Shown here: one piece after another, positions 50,666 through 61,955 of the stretch
How the letters are laid out: each line of letters starts with the position of its first letter
Numbering within the stretch: position 1 is the first letter of the stretch
NCBI GenBank assembly: GCA_003707115.1
Contig: PPNB01000011.1
Location: 186,001-250,000, forward strand
Origin: Tortispora ganteri
Lineage: Eukaryota
Length of the DNA: 64,000 nt
Direction: 5' to 3'
Translations under genes and position numbers: made by a program
The notes under the pieces: model-generated
What the model saw: the letters and a program-made list of their open reading frames with translations, nothing else
Database searches by the model: none
Told to the model about the DNA's origin: nothing

Positions 50666-51112
50666 ATTTTAGTTATAAGCTCTTGGACAGTAAAGTGATC
50701 CAAGGTATATAGTTATGTACTTGACTAGTTAGGGAAAGAGTGCTCTTTGGCTGGAGTGGAGAGCTATAAACAAGACGGTGCGCTGATTCTAATCCGATGG
50801 CTGCTGTAGCTAGACTTTCCGTTAATAGAAACTGTTAAAAGAAAGGAATTGAAGTCAAATAGGAGAAAGAAGAGGAGTATGGCTAGAATCACAACAACAA
50901 TAGGGAAATGTAGAAGCTATAAAAGGTTCAAAGGAGTTTTTAGATCTGTTTACCAAATAAAATCCCAAAAGAGAATTGTGCAAACAAATTCAACCAATAG
51001 GAGACATCGTTCAAAGTTTATATCTTAAAAGGTTTCCCATACAGACGTACGTCACATTGCATAATTCACGTATGTGTCGTAATAATATATATATGTAAAA
51101 TCTAATATCAAT

Positions 51113-53986
51113 TTACTGGGTTCCATTGTAGTATCCTCCGCTTGCAAGATCAAAAAATGGAAGACTGGACGAGCTCCCTTCGCGGCTAGGATTGGGAATC
51201 GGCGAAAAGAACTGGCCCCATATTGAATTCATAGGAACGTCCAGCATCATTTCATACACCCTTTCGCCTTCCGCTTGCGGCATTACAGATGAATAAATGC
51301 TATTTGAATCACCCGAATTGGCCGGTGGCGGTATATCCCATCCCTCAGGGCGAAATTCTGATAATCGATCCGGATTCTCCATATCAGTAGCCGTCGAAAT
51401 TATATCGGGCTGTTGATCATTAGTGCCAATCGTACCTCCATTCATTACTCGCGGACCCCCGGAAAATCCAGATTCCATAGAGCTCTGTGTTCTAATTGAG
51501 CTTTGTGCTGAGATATCCGTGTGGCTCCCGTAGGATGCCTTTTGCGACACTCTAGCTGAATTTTCCATCTGAGGCAAACCTGCTGTCGCTTCAGTTACTG
51601 CATTATCCCATGATGTTTTTCTTCCAAAAAGCTGTTCAATGCCTTCACCAGAAGATAGGTCATTCATCCCTGCTGCTGTCCGGAAAAACAATTTCATATC
51701 GTCATCCCAGTCAGACATGGCATCCGTAAAGTCCGTAAGTCCTTTGTTCAAGTTAGGATTCAAACACAGTTCATCGGACGGTGTCTTATTGTTATCACCT
51801 ATGGGACCATCTTTGCAAGGCAACTCGGTAAGCGGGCTAGCAGTTCCAGTAGAGTTGTTATATTGTTCGTCGTTTTTCAATTCTGCATTCTCTGAAGGGA
51901 ATGATTCTCGCTCGCGCTCTTCCATGGTATACAGTTGAATAATTGCAGCCGTCAATAACTTGAAAGTGTCCCGACACTCAGATGCCGCGTCGCATTTATT
52001 CACTAAAGAATTTAGTACCGTAATACAAGCATTGCTTGCATCTTCAATCTCCTGGACTGAAATCTGCGATCTCACCACCGGCGAATGGTAAATAGAATAC
52101 AAAAAAGATGTACCAGCCATAAAAAGATTGTGGACTGCAACCCAAGTATAATTTATAGACTTATCATGCAGCAATCTATAGTATATGTAGATAATGCTCT
52201 TTCCTGCATCATTGATAACGAGATTGTTCTCCTGAGGAATCATAGGAGAGGCTGGACAAATACCATACATTAGCAAACGTGTTTGATGATAGTTAATATC
52301 AATAAAACTGAGATTGAAATTGCAACTCATATCACTAGGACTTTTAGGACAACTGGCATACCAGCGTCGTACTCTGTCCCACATATCAACCTTCCAATCC
52401 TCCAGCGTGGAGAACCGTCTCGGTAGCTCTCCCTTATCGTACAGAATAAATTGGATTTCTGATTGAAGTTTCCGGATTACAAACATTGCCTGTGAAACCT
52501 GCTTGTATGATGGCGCAATATTTGCCGGCGGTTGTATGAATCCCTCCGGTGTGATCAAAGCATCATCAAGCAAAGAAGGAAATGGCACCTTGATTGACTG
52601 GTCAGGAATTCCAGGTGGGCGACCTAGGTACACACATATTTGTCTATCGACCACGTATGTACACCAAAACAAGCGTCTGCGCATATCAAGTCTGAATAGA
52701 TTGATTCTTGGTCGCAAGTCCGCGGCAAACCGAGAATATTCCTTTTGACTAACCCCGGAAGACTCGGTAGCATGATCACTGCCAGAATCTTTCCCCAAGA
52801 ACTTTTGCACCTCTGAAACTGATGTTTCGTGCCTCCAAGACCGAATTCCGCTCTCGGAATGTAGCCCTAAATCAACACATATGCGCAAGGCAATTCCCAA
52901 TGTATACCAAACACCTGGAAATGCTGGTCTCATGATAGAATACAAGCACAAAAGCAATATTGCCTGTAACGCCTCAAGTCTATCGCTACTGTTCATCAAC
53001 ATATCAGCATGGCGCATAGCAGCAGCGTGATAAGCTTCGGGGAGACGATCGGGATAATGTTGATGATTCACAGCGATAGCGATAGCAAAAACCAAATTCA
53101 GGAAATATAACGCGGTAGGGTTAAACTCCAGCGGTTGTGATTGTTCAGCAGAACTAATAGAGGACGGTGTTGGTATATGAGGAGGAGTTGAAGGCGGTGG
53201 AGTTGAGGACAAGACAACGTCGGGAGACAGGTCGCCATAAACTGGTCTAAAACAGTTATTAATAAACTCTTCTCTATGGATGATAGGAAGTTGTGCGTTG
53301 GCCTGAGTAAAGAATGTTTCTAAGAGACGTTCTGCTACATCTTTGGAGGGAAGACGAGCGGGGTATATGGGTGTATCGTCCACAGACTGTTTAGGGACGC
53401 TAGAAGAAGAAAAATTGCTAATACTGCTCATGTCTAGATCAGACCCCCGAAGCTGGACAGCCGCAAACATTAAACGTGCAAAAGAAATGCCCGAAGTAGC
53501 GCCAAGAAATGAGTTCTGGGCGCCGGAAGCGCCGCTAGCAGAAACTCTGCCGACTTGTGAGACCAGCACTTCAGGCGCTAGCAATGAAGATGTGCCATTA
53601 GTTGTACGCTTATCTGTTATTGGAGAAGCTATAGCTTCTGTGGAGTTACCTGAAGGAGTGGAATTCTGCGAGATAGAGAGTTTCGCACGTCCATTATAAA
53701 AAGCTTCAGGATCTAAACCAATTTCTTTCAGGGCGCTTTCGAGCTTTGACACTTTAGTTTCAAGGTTATAAACATAAGATCGGGGCATTTCGCGACCTGT
53801 CGCAGGGTCTACACCCACACATTCTGCTCTTGCGCGCAGACAGCTCGAGCAGGAAGGAAACTTTTGGTCACATTTTATCTTCTTATGCCTGCATCTCAGA
53901 CATGCTGATATCGACCGGTAAACCGTTGCTTTCGGAGAAGGCGATTCAAAATGTGGCGACGAGGACTGGCTGATTTTAGCCTTCAT
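51113..53986 (-). CDS. PPR1: Zn2Cys6 transcription factor Ppr1/UaY
   Basis: SACLRCRHKKIKCDQKFPSC...DPATGREMPRSYV linker typical of Ppr1, GISFARLM and INYTWVAVHNLFMAGTS. Confidence 0.88.
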   Translation of the reverse strand: MKAKISQSSSPHFESPSPKATVYRSISACLRCRHKKIKCDQKFPSCSSCLRARAECVGVDPATGREMPRSYVYNLETKVSKLESALKEIGLDPEAFYNGRAKLSISQNSTPSGNSTEAIASPITDKRTTNGTSSLLAPEVLVSQVGRVSASGASGAQNSFLGATSGISFARLMFAAVQLRGSDLDMSSISNFSSSSVPKQSVDDTPIYPARLPSKDVAERLLETFFTQANAQLPIIHREEFINNCFRPVYGDLSPDVVLSSTPPPSTPPHIPTPSSISSAEQSQPLEFNPTALYFLNLVFAIAIAVNHQHYPDRLPEAYHAAAMRHADMLMNSSDRLEALQAILLLCLYSIMRPAFPGVWYTLGIALRICVDLGLHSESGIRSWRHETSVSEVQKFLGKDSGSDHATESSGVSQKEYSRFAADLRPRINLFRLDMRRRLFWCTYVVDRQICVYLGRPPGIPDQSIKVPFPSLLDDALITPEGFIQPPANIAPSYKQVSQAMFVIRKLQSEIQFILYDKGELPRRFSTLEDWKVDMWDRVRRWYASCPKSPSDMSCNFNLSFIDINYHQTRLLMYGICPASPMIPQENNLVINDAGKSIIYIYYRLLHDKSINYTWVAVHNLFMAGTSFLYSIYHSPVVRSQISVQEIEDASNACITVLNSLVNKCDAASECRDTFKLLTAAIIQLYTMEERERESFPSENAELKNDEQYNNSTGTASPLTELPCKDGPIGDNNKTPSDELCLNPNLNKGLTDFTDAMSDWDDDMKLFFRTAAGMNDLSSGEGIEQLFGRKTSWDNAVTEATAGLPQMENSARVSQKASYGSHTDISAQSSIRTQSSMESGFSGGPRVMNGGTIGTNDQQPDIISTATDMENPDRLSEFRPEGWDIPPPANSGDSNSIYSSVMPQAEGERVYEMMLDVPMNSIWGQFFSPIPNPSREGSSSSLPFFDLASGGYYNGTQ

Positions 53987-54357
53987 TGCGCTCAGTTTTG
54001 GTCAGATCCGATCCTATTTTTGGCACTAGTCAATGGGAAGTGAGCAAGTCGTTGAGCGAATCGCGTAGAGAAGAAGTACAGGTCTAGTTAAAGGCTCCAG
54101 TCTATTGTACAAGGTGCGCCAAAAACAGTAGAGGAAAATAATGTAACAAATTTTAGTGCCTGAAGCACGGTTCTAAGACAACCTGGGGTTTCTCGACTAA
54201 TTAACTATTGATAAGGCAAAATAAGAGATTAAATTATTACGTGGGATCGTTTTGGGAAGGAACAATATAGATGAGGGTTAGGGTAATCTAACAGAAAATA
54301 CATACACTGAAATGCAGGGCAATTGTCAAGGTCAAAATAATGGGATAGTCTGTAAAA

Positions 54358-54855
54358 CTAAAGCTTACATTGAATGGTTTTCAGACGCTGGAGACCTTCG
54401 CGAAGAGAAGCCGACATGCCGTTTTTGTTGGGTCTTCTGGTATCCTTATCGACAAAAACATGCACGATCTCGCCTGCAGCACAAGGGTGATCCGAGGGCT
54501 TAGCGCCCTTTCTGAATATACCCACTTCATAGCGCACGCTGCTATTACCGAGTTCTATTATTCGCAGACCAAGTACCAGCTCGTCCGGGAACTGCACCCC
54601 TTCGAAGTACTGGCAGCTGCTCGACACTACATAACCGAGCTGATCTGATTGGCCTTCCTTGCGTACCTCACCTTCGCGCGCTTCCACAGGAAAGAGACCG
54701 CATTCTCTCACCAAGTAAGTATTTATGATTGAGTCAAAGTAATAGTAGTACACAGCATTATTGACATGTCCGTACTGGTCGTTGTCTATCCAGCGGGTTT
54801 GCTGGTCCAACTTATAGGGATAGTCTTTTAATTGCCGCGATCTTTTGTCTCCCAT
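54358..54855 (-). CDS. Hotdog-fold acyl-CoA thioesterase (4HBT/YbgC-like)
   Basis: TRWIDNDQYGHVNNAVYYYYFD, LGNSSVRYEVGIF and VHVFVD. Confidence 0.88.
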   Translation of the reverse strand: MGDKRSRQLKDYPYKLDQQTRWIDNDQYGHVNNAVYYYYFDSIINTYLVRECGLFPVEAREGEVRKEGQSDQLGYVVSSSCQYFEGVQFPDELVLGLRIIELGNSSVRYEVGIFRKGAKPSDHPCAAGEIVHVFVDKDTRRPNKNGMSASLREGLQRLKTIQCKL

Positions 54856-55309
54856 GTGCACTGATTCGATTGTTAAGTGTATGATAATATATTGTATGCA
54901 GTAGTCAATAGGTGTAGTTGTACAAGTGGAAAGTTGTCTCGGCTGTTACCTACCGTCTTATTAATGTACAACCTAGGCTTAAAGCAGCACCCCCGCATTG
55001 TCTTTTGGGAACCGAGCAGTAACGGTTGTTATGAGAGATATAACACCGAGGGAAAAAAAATCTACGAAAATGGAACGCTATACGATATTGTATGAAAGCA
55101 GTGGGCAATCGGGATACGCATAAGCGCGGGCAACACAAGATACACGAGAAAGAGTACGAGAGCTACATATCTCTGATTCACGTCATACCCCGGTCACAAG
55201 CGCCACCGAAAGTCGCGCTCACAAGGCGTAGCGAGGACTCCGAGTTACATCAAGGAAGACTACAGCGAACGGTGTAAAAAATTTTAACGTCGAATCATAA
55301 TGCCATCAT

Positions 55310-55711
55310 CTACACAACAACACCAGAGTTGGAGGCGATACGGGGCCAAAGATCAGCACATTCCTTACCGACGGGACCGGTGATAGCGGATCCCTTCATT
55401 TCACCCTTGGGGTTGACAATAACTCCAGCGTTGTCCTCGAAATAGAGGAAAACACCATCTTTTCTTCTCCATGGCTTGGATTGGCGAACAACAATAGCAG
55501 GCATGACTTTCTTTCGGAGTTCTGGCTTACCCTTCTTGACGGTAGCCATGACCATGTCGCCTACACCAGCAGCGGGAAGACGGTTAAGACGAGCACCGGT
55601 GCCTTTTACGGCAATAATGTAAAGGTTGCGGGCACCAGTGTTATCGCAGCAGTTAATAACTGCGCCAGTAGGGAGACCTAATGAAACCCGGTATTTTGTT
55701 CCAGTAGACAT
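55310..55711 (-). CDS. RPL23: 60S ribosomal protein uL14 (L23), intronless
   Basis: [31 protein letters not shown] and [25 protein letters not shown]. Confidence 0.98.
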   Translation of the reverse strand: MSTGTKYRVSLGLPTGAVINCCDNTGARNLYIIAVKGTGARLNRLPAAGVGDMVMATVKKGKPELRKKVMPAIVVRQSKPWRRKDGVFLYFEDNAGVIVNPKGEMKGSAITGPVGKECADLWPRIASNSGVVV

Positions 55712-55946
55712 TGTGAATGTGAGTGAAAAGGTGAATAAGTACTTGCTGAATGGGATCTATGAAGGGTGTAACTGCGTCCTCTCCCAACACACCTGCATCA
55801 CCGTGACTGGTATAAACCCTAATAGGGCCTTGGAGTTAATAACCCCTCTAATTCGTAATGCTATCAAAAATACGTAGAAAAGATTGATCCACCTTTAGAA
55901 AAAAATAGCATTAATGTAAAAAAAAAAAATCCCTGCACTTGTATAG

Positions 55947-57503
55947 CTATGCGTCAGTCATGGTAACGTCGCCGTAGTCAACGTCTCCATTGGCGCCTTC
56001 CTTAGGCGGAGACGCCGATGCAGAATGTTTCTTATCTATAATAGCATCAAGAGATTCTTTGCTCAACGGAGTCTGTGTAGGCTTTATTACAGGATCTGTG
56101 ATTTTGAAGGTAGACCTGGGCCTTGAAAAAGTTTCCGAAATATCAGTATCTTCTGTCCTACTGGCGTGTATATTGCGACGACCGCCATCGCCTTCATCTT
56201 CAGAATCCGACAGCTCGCCATCGTGCTGCACTGTAGCGTCCCAGCCGGGTTGTCCGCCATTTCTCTCGTCCTTGTGTAGATCTTCGTCGATATCGTCTTC
56301 AGGGGCATCTCTAGGCACGTTTTGTATCTGAACACTAGGCGCAAACTTTGTGCGCTCTAAGTTTTCAAGAACAGAGCTGAGCACCTTGTTCAAATACTGT
56401 TTGGTGTTGGCATTTTGCATGTTGCTCTGTCTCACTTCGAGCATGTAGTCGGGGCCGAAGTATTCGTAATAGTCATTATAAGGAATTTCTGGTCCCACAA
56501 TTTCCTGGTTCAGAATGCCGCATTCGTAGCACCATGCGCGGGCGACGTTTCTCATAGTGTAACCTCCACCGCCTACAACAAGAGTAGGCAAATTAAACGA
56601 TCTGACAAACTTAACACAGTTTGCATGACCGTACATACTCAGGTTAAAGCAGCCTAAGCGATCGCCCGACAATGAGTCACCGCCGCACTGAAGAACCACA
56701 GCCCCTGGTTGGTACCACTCCATGATGTGAGAGATTACAGGCTCAAAGACGCTTTGATACGTTATATCGTCGATCCCGTCGCGCAACGGGATGTTAACAG
56801 AGTGGTATTTTCCTTTTCCTATTCCGATATCGCGAAGTTCACCAGTTCCGGGAAAATACTCACCGTATTTATGAAACGAGCATGTCATGACTCTGTCAGT
56901 AGTGTAGAAGGCCTCCTCCACGCCATCGCCGTGGTGTACATCTATATCGATGTAGAGCACACGTTGATGGTAGCGAAGAAACTCCAGAATACCTAGAACT
57001 ATATCGTTGACGTAGCAAAATCCAGAAGCCTCGCTCTTTTTCGCATGGTGCAGGCCACCAGCGTAGTTGACGGCAATATCGCACTTCCCACGGTTGAGAC
57101 GTGCAGCGCCTTCCATGGAACCGCCGCCGGAGATACTGCAGAACTCAAAGAGTCCATCAAACAAAGGATTTTCGTCAAACATATTAAACTTTAGGAGTTC
57201 CTTGGAAGAAGTCTCGAGAGATTCGGGGCAGTTTCTGTAGATGAAATCTATGTACTCGTCGGAATGAAACTGACACATCTCCTGGCGAGTTGCAGGTTTG
57301 GCACGGTATATCTCCATCTTCTTGTACAAGCCATAGTTCATAACAAGAGAATGCGTCATGCGTATTCGGTGCGGTTTCATAGGATGACCAGCACCGTAGG
57401 CGTAGTTGCCGACATCGGCGTCATAGAAGTAAGCAACCCGCTTTTTCTGGCCTTGGATCTCCTTAAAAGGTTCCAATTGTTGAGGCGCGCTGTTCAGGGA
57501 CAT
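55947..57503 (-). CDS. RPD3: Class I histone deacetylase
   Basis: [47 protein letters not shown] and GGGGY. Confidence 0.96.
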   Translation of the reverse strand: MSLNSAPQQLEPFKEIQGQKKRVAYFYDADVGNYAYGAGHPMKPHRIRMTHSLVMNYGLYKKMEIYRAKPATRQEMCQFHSDEYIDFIYRNCPESLETSSKELLKFNMFDENPLFDGLFEFCSISGGGSMEGAARLNRGKCDIAVNYAGGLHHAKKSEASGFCYVNDIVLGILEFLRYHQRVLYIDIDVHHGDGVEEAFYTTDRVMTCSFHKYGEYFPGTGELRDIGIGKGKYHSVNIPLRDGIDDITYQSVFEPVISHIMEWYQPGAVVLQCGGDSLSGDRLGCFNLSMYGHANCVKFVRSFNLPTLVVGGGGYTMRNVARAWCYECGILNQEIVGPEIPYNDYYEYFGPDYMLEVRQSNMQNANTKQYLNKVLSSVLENLERTKFAPSVQIQNVPRDAPEDDIDEDLHKDERNGGQPGWDATVQHDGELSDSEDEGDGGRRNIHASRTEDTDISETFSRPRSTFKITDPVIKPTQTPLSKESLDAIIDKKHSASASPPKEGANGDVDYGDVTMTDA

Positions 57504-57963
57504 CTTTTGCAGACAAAAAGGATAATATTATGTTTTCAGAATTCAAAGACCAGCCTCGCAAGTGACACCGCAATACACCTCTCTTTGTCGTCTTTTAAGA
57601 GTATTTTCGGCTGTCCGAGTGATAGGAGTGCAAGTGTGGGTAGGGCTTTGTGGTGTTCGCGCTGGAAGTGTTTTAGAGGCCGGGTAATGTGTGAAGCAAT
57701 CGCAAGTAGTGTACTATCAAGTGTTCGTGCCCATTAGAGAGTTAACATCAAATTTGGCGTTAGTAAAATAGAAAGGTAATAATTTACTGTGCTTTTCGTA
57801 TTAGCATTTACTCGACAGTGCGCACTTCTGTGTCGTTTTGGCGTGAAACAGAGTTCTTCAGACTCTTTGTGCAGAGTATCGATCCCTAACCCCAATAAAA
57901 AAGCATCGCAACAGCACCATACAGTCTTCTTTGCAATCGAAAAGCAACAGATACGCAGGGAAT

Positions 57964-59442
57964 ATGGATCTACAAAGCAGCATTCTTCATAAGTTGAATG
58001 ATTTAGGGACGATTGACGACTCAGCGCTAGCATTTCCTGATCAGGAACCGGCACAAGTGCGAGCGGCATTGAACTCACTAGCGTCGAGGGACATGGTGAA
58101 ATTTCAGCAACTTGAAGTGGAACAATGGGAACTGACCAAAGAGGCGCAAGAGATCGTTGAAAATGGCAGTCATGAATTTCGTTTGCTTGCAGAGGTGACT
58201 AAAGCCGTGGGCGGCCTTAAAATCTCCGATGTCGGCGCTAAACTTGGCCCTGGAGGACGCATAGGCCAGGCTACAGCTTTCAAGAATGGTTGGATTAAAA
58301 AGGACGGCGATGTGCTCGTTGCGAGCGACAAGATTCCTTCAGAGGACTTTGTTGCTAAAAATTTGGCGTACATTAAGAAACACCAGACATTTGACGACGA
58401 AAAGGTGCTATCTGATTTAAAGAAGCGCAAGCTGATCAGCAAGGTGAAGAAGATCTCTTTTGCCATCCAGAAAGGCGAGAAGTTTTCGCTTGAAATCAAG
58501 CAGCTTGAGACTGACTTGACTGCTGAAATGATACAGAATGAAAGCTGGAAGGATGCTGAGTTCAAGTCCTACAACTTCGACACAGACGGTGCCCTGCCTC
58601 TTTCCGGGGCTTTTCATCCGCTCAACAAGGTGAGAGAAGAGTTCCGCCAGATTTTCTTTTCTATGGGGTTCACTGAAATGCCGACGAACCAGTACGTGGA
58701 GAGTGGGTTTTGGAACTTCGATACGCTGTTTGTTCCCCAGCAGCATCCTGCCAGAGACCTCCAGGACACGTTCTACATTAAGGACCCTGTTCGCGCTGAT
58801 GAGCCGGAAGATAAGCAGTTTTTTAATAACGTGAAAAAAGTGCACGAAGGAGGAGCTTTTGATTCTATTGGATACAGATACGATTGGTCGGCTGAAGAAA
58901 CGCTCAAACTAGTGCTGAGAACGCACACCACAGCCACGAGTGGCCGCATGTTGCATGCACTGGCCGAAGACCCGAGACCTGTAAGGTACTTCAGCATTGA
59001 CCGAGTGTTCCGTAACGAAGCTGTAGATGCCACGCATTTAGCTGAGTTTCATCAGATCGAAGGTGTGATTGCTGATTACGATATCTCACTAGGCGATCTA
59101 ATTGGCTTTATGGACGCTTTCTTTTCGCGCATGGGTGTGACGAATCTGAGATTCAAGCCCGCGTATAACCCGTATACAGAACCTTCACTTGAGATTTTCT
59201 CATGGCACGAGGGTCTTGGAAAATGGGTAGAGATAGGCAACTCTGGCATGTTTCGGCCAGAGATGCTTGAGCCAATGGGGCTTCCCAAGAACCTACGCGT
59301 ACTCGGCTGGGGTTTGAGTCTTGAACGGCCTACAATGATCAAATATGGAGTCAGCAATATCCGCGAACTTCTAGGCCACAAAGTGAGCCTGGAATTCATC
59401 GAGAGTAATCCTGCCGTTCGATTAGACGAGAGGCTGGTTTGA
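57964..59442 (+). CDS. FRS2: Cytoplasmic phenylalanyl-tRNA synthetase alpha subunit (ORF is open from 57931)
   Basis: FWNFDTLFVPQQHPARDLQDTFY, DRVFRNEAVDATHLAEFHQ and WGLSLERPTMIKY. Confidence 0.97.
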   Translation: MDLQSSILHKLNDLGTIDDSALAFPDQEPAQVRAALNSLASRDMVKFQQLEVEQWELTKEAQEIVENGSHEFRLLAEVTKAVGGLKISDVGAKLGPGGRIGQATAFKNGWIKKDGDVLVASDKIPSEDFVAKNLAYIKKHQTFDDEKVLSDLKKRKLISKVKKISFAIQKGEKFSLEIKQLETDLTAEMIQNESWKDAEFKSYNFDTDGALPLSGAFHPLNKVREEFRQIFFSMGFTEMPTNQYVESGFWNFDTLFVPQQHPARDLQDTFYIKDPVRADEPEDKQFFNNVKKVHEGGAFDSIGYRYDWSAEETLKLVLRTHTTATSGRMLHALAEDPRPVRYFSIDRVFRNEAVDATHLAEFHQIEGVIADYDISLGDLIGFMDAFFSRMGVTNLRFKPAYNPYTEPSLEIFSWHEGLGKWVEIGNSGMFRPEMLEPMGLPKNLRVLGWGLSLERPTMIKYGVSNIRELLGHKVSLEFIESNPAVRLDERLV

Positions 59443-60250
59443 GCGAGTGATTTGGAGTCTAATCAAGAGGTTTTGTGATCTAAGCGCAAAACGTAGTAGC
59501 TTTAGCAGAGCGTATCAGAATAATGATCTAACATGTCCGGCTATATTGTCAGTAGTCCGTATAATGTAATACCGGTCGGCGGCGCTGCGGAGTTTCGCGG
59601 AGTTAGGTTATCGATTGACAGCGCGATCGATCTTAGATAATCAAAAGGCTGAGCCGCGAGACGTCAATTCACGTGTGTCCCGAGGGTAAATCTTTACGGA
59701 GCGGTTACAGATCTTAACGCCGAAATGGGACCGGATTTTAGGTTTTCGCGTTCCTGTGTTCCGCTTGGAAGGAGTGAACGCAGATGCATGCGCAGACACA
59801 GCGTACGCACAACGCAGTAAAGATTTATTTATCCAGTAAGCTGATTTATGTACTTTAGGGCATATCAGACCACTAACGCGACTGTGTGGATCAATTTAGG
59901 CTATGGACGCGCGGTAGATGGAATGGGTGACGCGTCGTCCAGGCGGGTAGTTTCTAGAAGTAAAAGATTAGGATTTTATTTGGCGAATAAAGTTGCACGT
60001 TAAGGTATAAGTTCACGGTTTGATACTGTGATTGGTGAATAGTTGGGATTCGAAAGCCAAACAACCACCGGAAATGAGAACTTAGGTAAGCCCGGGACAC
60101 TATAAAGCCGAAGATCCGTGAATGTAAAAAACTATTAATAATGCGTAAAAAAATGAGTCAGCTTTGGCACAACGGATATAACGTTTCCGCTACACTAAAT
60201 AGATATATATATAATAGTCTTTAATTTTATATTACACTACTACATTAAAC

Positions 60251-61051
60251 ATGTCCAGCATACTAAGATCAAGGCCCACAATGGAACCTGCGCTGAGCTT
60301 CACCGAGACATACATACTGGCTAATAAGGCCAGATCGAAATTGACCAAATCTTTAGACCTAGCCGACCATGATCTACGAGCTGTTGTTATACATGCGAAC
60401 TTTCTCGACGACCTTGTAGCCAAAATCAACGATCGCAACTATTATCTCAAGACTATCACTACGCCGAGCCAGTCCTCCAAGAAGAGCACGCCCTCACCGC
60501 TCAAGAAGGCGTACAATGAGGCATATGTCGGAAATGTGTCTACGGTCAGATTTGCTGAGCCCGCGGACTCGCGCAAGAATTACAGAGACATGCCTACAAT
60601 CGATTCAGTCTACTATGAACAGGACGAAGACATGGTCCAATCCGATACATCATACCCCATCAAAGTTACTGTTGAGGCTCTGGAACCTATTGATTCTGAT
60701 AGTTCTTCGGTCTCTGATGATACTCTCGATGAATCCGATATATCTGCTGGTTCAGAGAATTCGGACAACTTTATTGAGCCTTTGAGTGATGACCTGACTG
60801 ACGATTATAGCAGTAATGATGAATATGATTCTGAAACTAGTTCGCTAAATGAATCAGAATCAGAATCAGAGTCCGAATCAGATTCAGAGTCTAGTCATTA
60901 TATGACACCAATGAAAGAAGAACAATACAGTCAGAACTATGCTTTCTTCAGAATATTCTCTAAAGCGTTCTCATCGACAAGCTTGTGCTGTAAGTCGGCA
61001 CATTACAAGCAGAATGTTCAGCCTACTATAAATATGGGGTTGGCTGCTTGA
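60251..61051 (+). CDS. Ecm13/YJR115W-family protein with an acidic Ser/Glu/Asp tail
   Basis: TETYILANKARSKL...DHDLRAVVIHANFLDDL resembles the conserved Ecm13 N-terminal motif; (ES)n repeat at about 60851-60892. Confidence 0.7.
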   Translation: MSSILRSRPTMEPALSFTETYILANKARSKLTKSLDLADHDLRAVVIHANFLDDLVAKINDRNYYLKTITTPSQSSKKSTPSPLKKAYNEAYVGNVSTVRFAEPADSRKNYRDMPTIDSVYYEQDEDMVQSDTSYPIKVTVEALEPIDSDSSSVSDDTLDESDISAGSENSDNFIEPLSDDLTDDYSSNDEYDSETSSLNESESESESESDSESSHYMTPMKEEQYSQNYAFFRIFSKAFSSTSLCCKSAHYKQNVQPTINMGLAA

Positions 61052-61337
61052 TTTTGATTGACTGGTCGCTTGCTGATGGATGTGAATGTTTTCATATATT
61101 GAGCTATTTTAACGATATGATTTTGATGACGGTTGAAGCAACTTAACTTTGCTATTAGGTTGCAGGTATTGAACTCCTATTTCTTTATTTTCTTTTTTTT
61201 TTTTATCACTTTTCCCCAACATTCAACAGTATAAATGACTTCATGTTATTGGCACCTCTTCCGTAGAAATCGTGATCCCAAACAGCGTAGATTGTCTAGA
61301 CTGCTAGGCTGCTATACAATCAAAGACTGCAAGGCAG

Positions 61338-61955
61338 CTAAGTATATCTAGTCTTGCCAATATCAAAGGGCAGGTATCTGTACTTTATCATGTGACGGAT
61401 TTGATGTCTCATAGTCATAGCAAAGAGGGCAAAGAAGTAAATGACAAGAATGGGCCAGAACACCGGAATATCAAAAACACTGAACCATGTAGCAATAAAC
61501 GCCCAAAGAGTAGCCTGGGTCGCAGAATGCCAGAACTTGAATTCAGGCAATCTTCTTATAAAGGGCCTGAATTCTTCATTGCCTGAGGAGCCAGAGGCAG
61601 CACCCCCAGTTCCAGCGCCTATACTGGAAGGATCGAAATCTTCCTCGTCCAGGGGCCGACCTTCTTCCACGTCTATGTCCCTCTGTTCTTGCTCCAAACC
61701 TGGGTCAAACTTAGGCTGCAAAAATGCCACGAAAAGGTTTAATAGATATATAAACAACGTATAGCAAACAATGTACCATCCTTGCGCGTAGACTATCCGT
61801 AGCATGAAGATACAAAGCAGCGCGACTTCCCCAAGCCATCGGTACATCACATACGGCGTAGTTTTGTCCAGGTACGACTGGTATACTCTATTAATTTTGG
61901 ACGTCTGCGTATACACAGACTCAAACGCACCTGGTTGCTCATCAAATGTATCCAT
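61338..61955 (-). CDS. RER1: Golgi-to-ER retrieval receptor
   Basis: YLLNLFVAFLQPKFDP, EEFRPFIRRLPEFKFW and TMRHQIRHMIKYRYLPF. Confidence 0.97.
   Translation of the reverse strand: MDTFDEQPGAFESVYTQTSKINRVYQSYLDKTTPYVMYRWLGEVALLCIFMLRIVYAQGWYIVCYTLFIYLLNLFVAFLQPKFDPGLEQEQRDIDVEEGRPLDEEDFDPSSIGAGTGGAASGSSGNEEFRPFIRRLPEFKFWHSATQATLWAFIATWFSVFDIPVFWPILVIYFFALFAMTMRHQIRHMIKYRYLPFDIGKTRYT

Noticed and set aside
1615..59442. Alternative CUG (Ser/Ala) genetic code
   Set aside because: CTG encodes conserved Leu positions, e.g. DUS3 NLNCGCP and FRS2 DTLFVPQQ.
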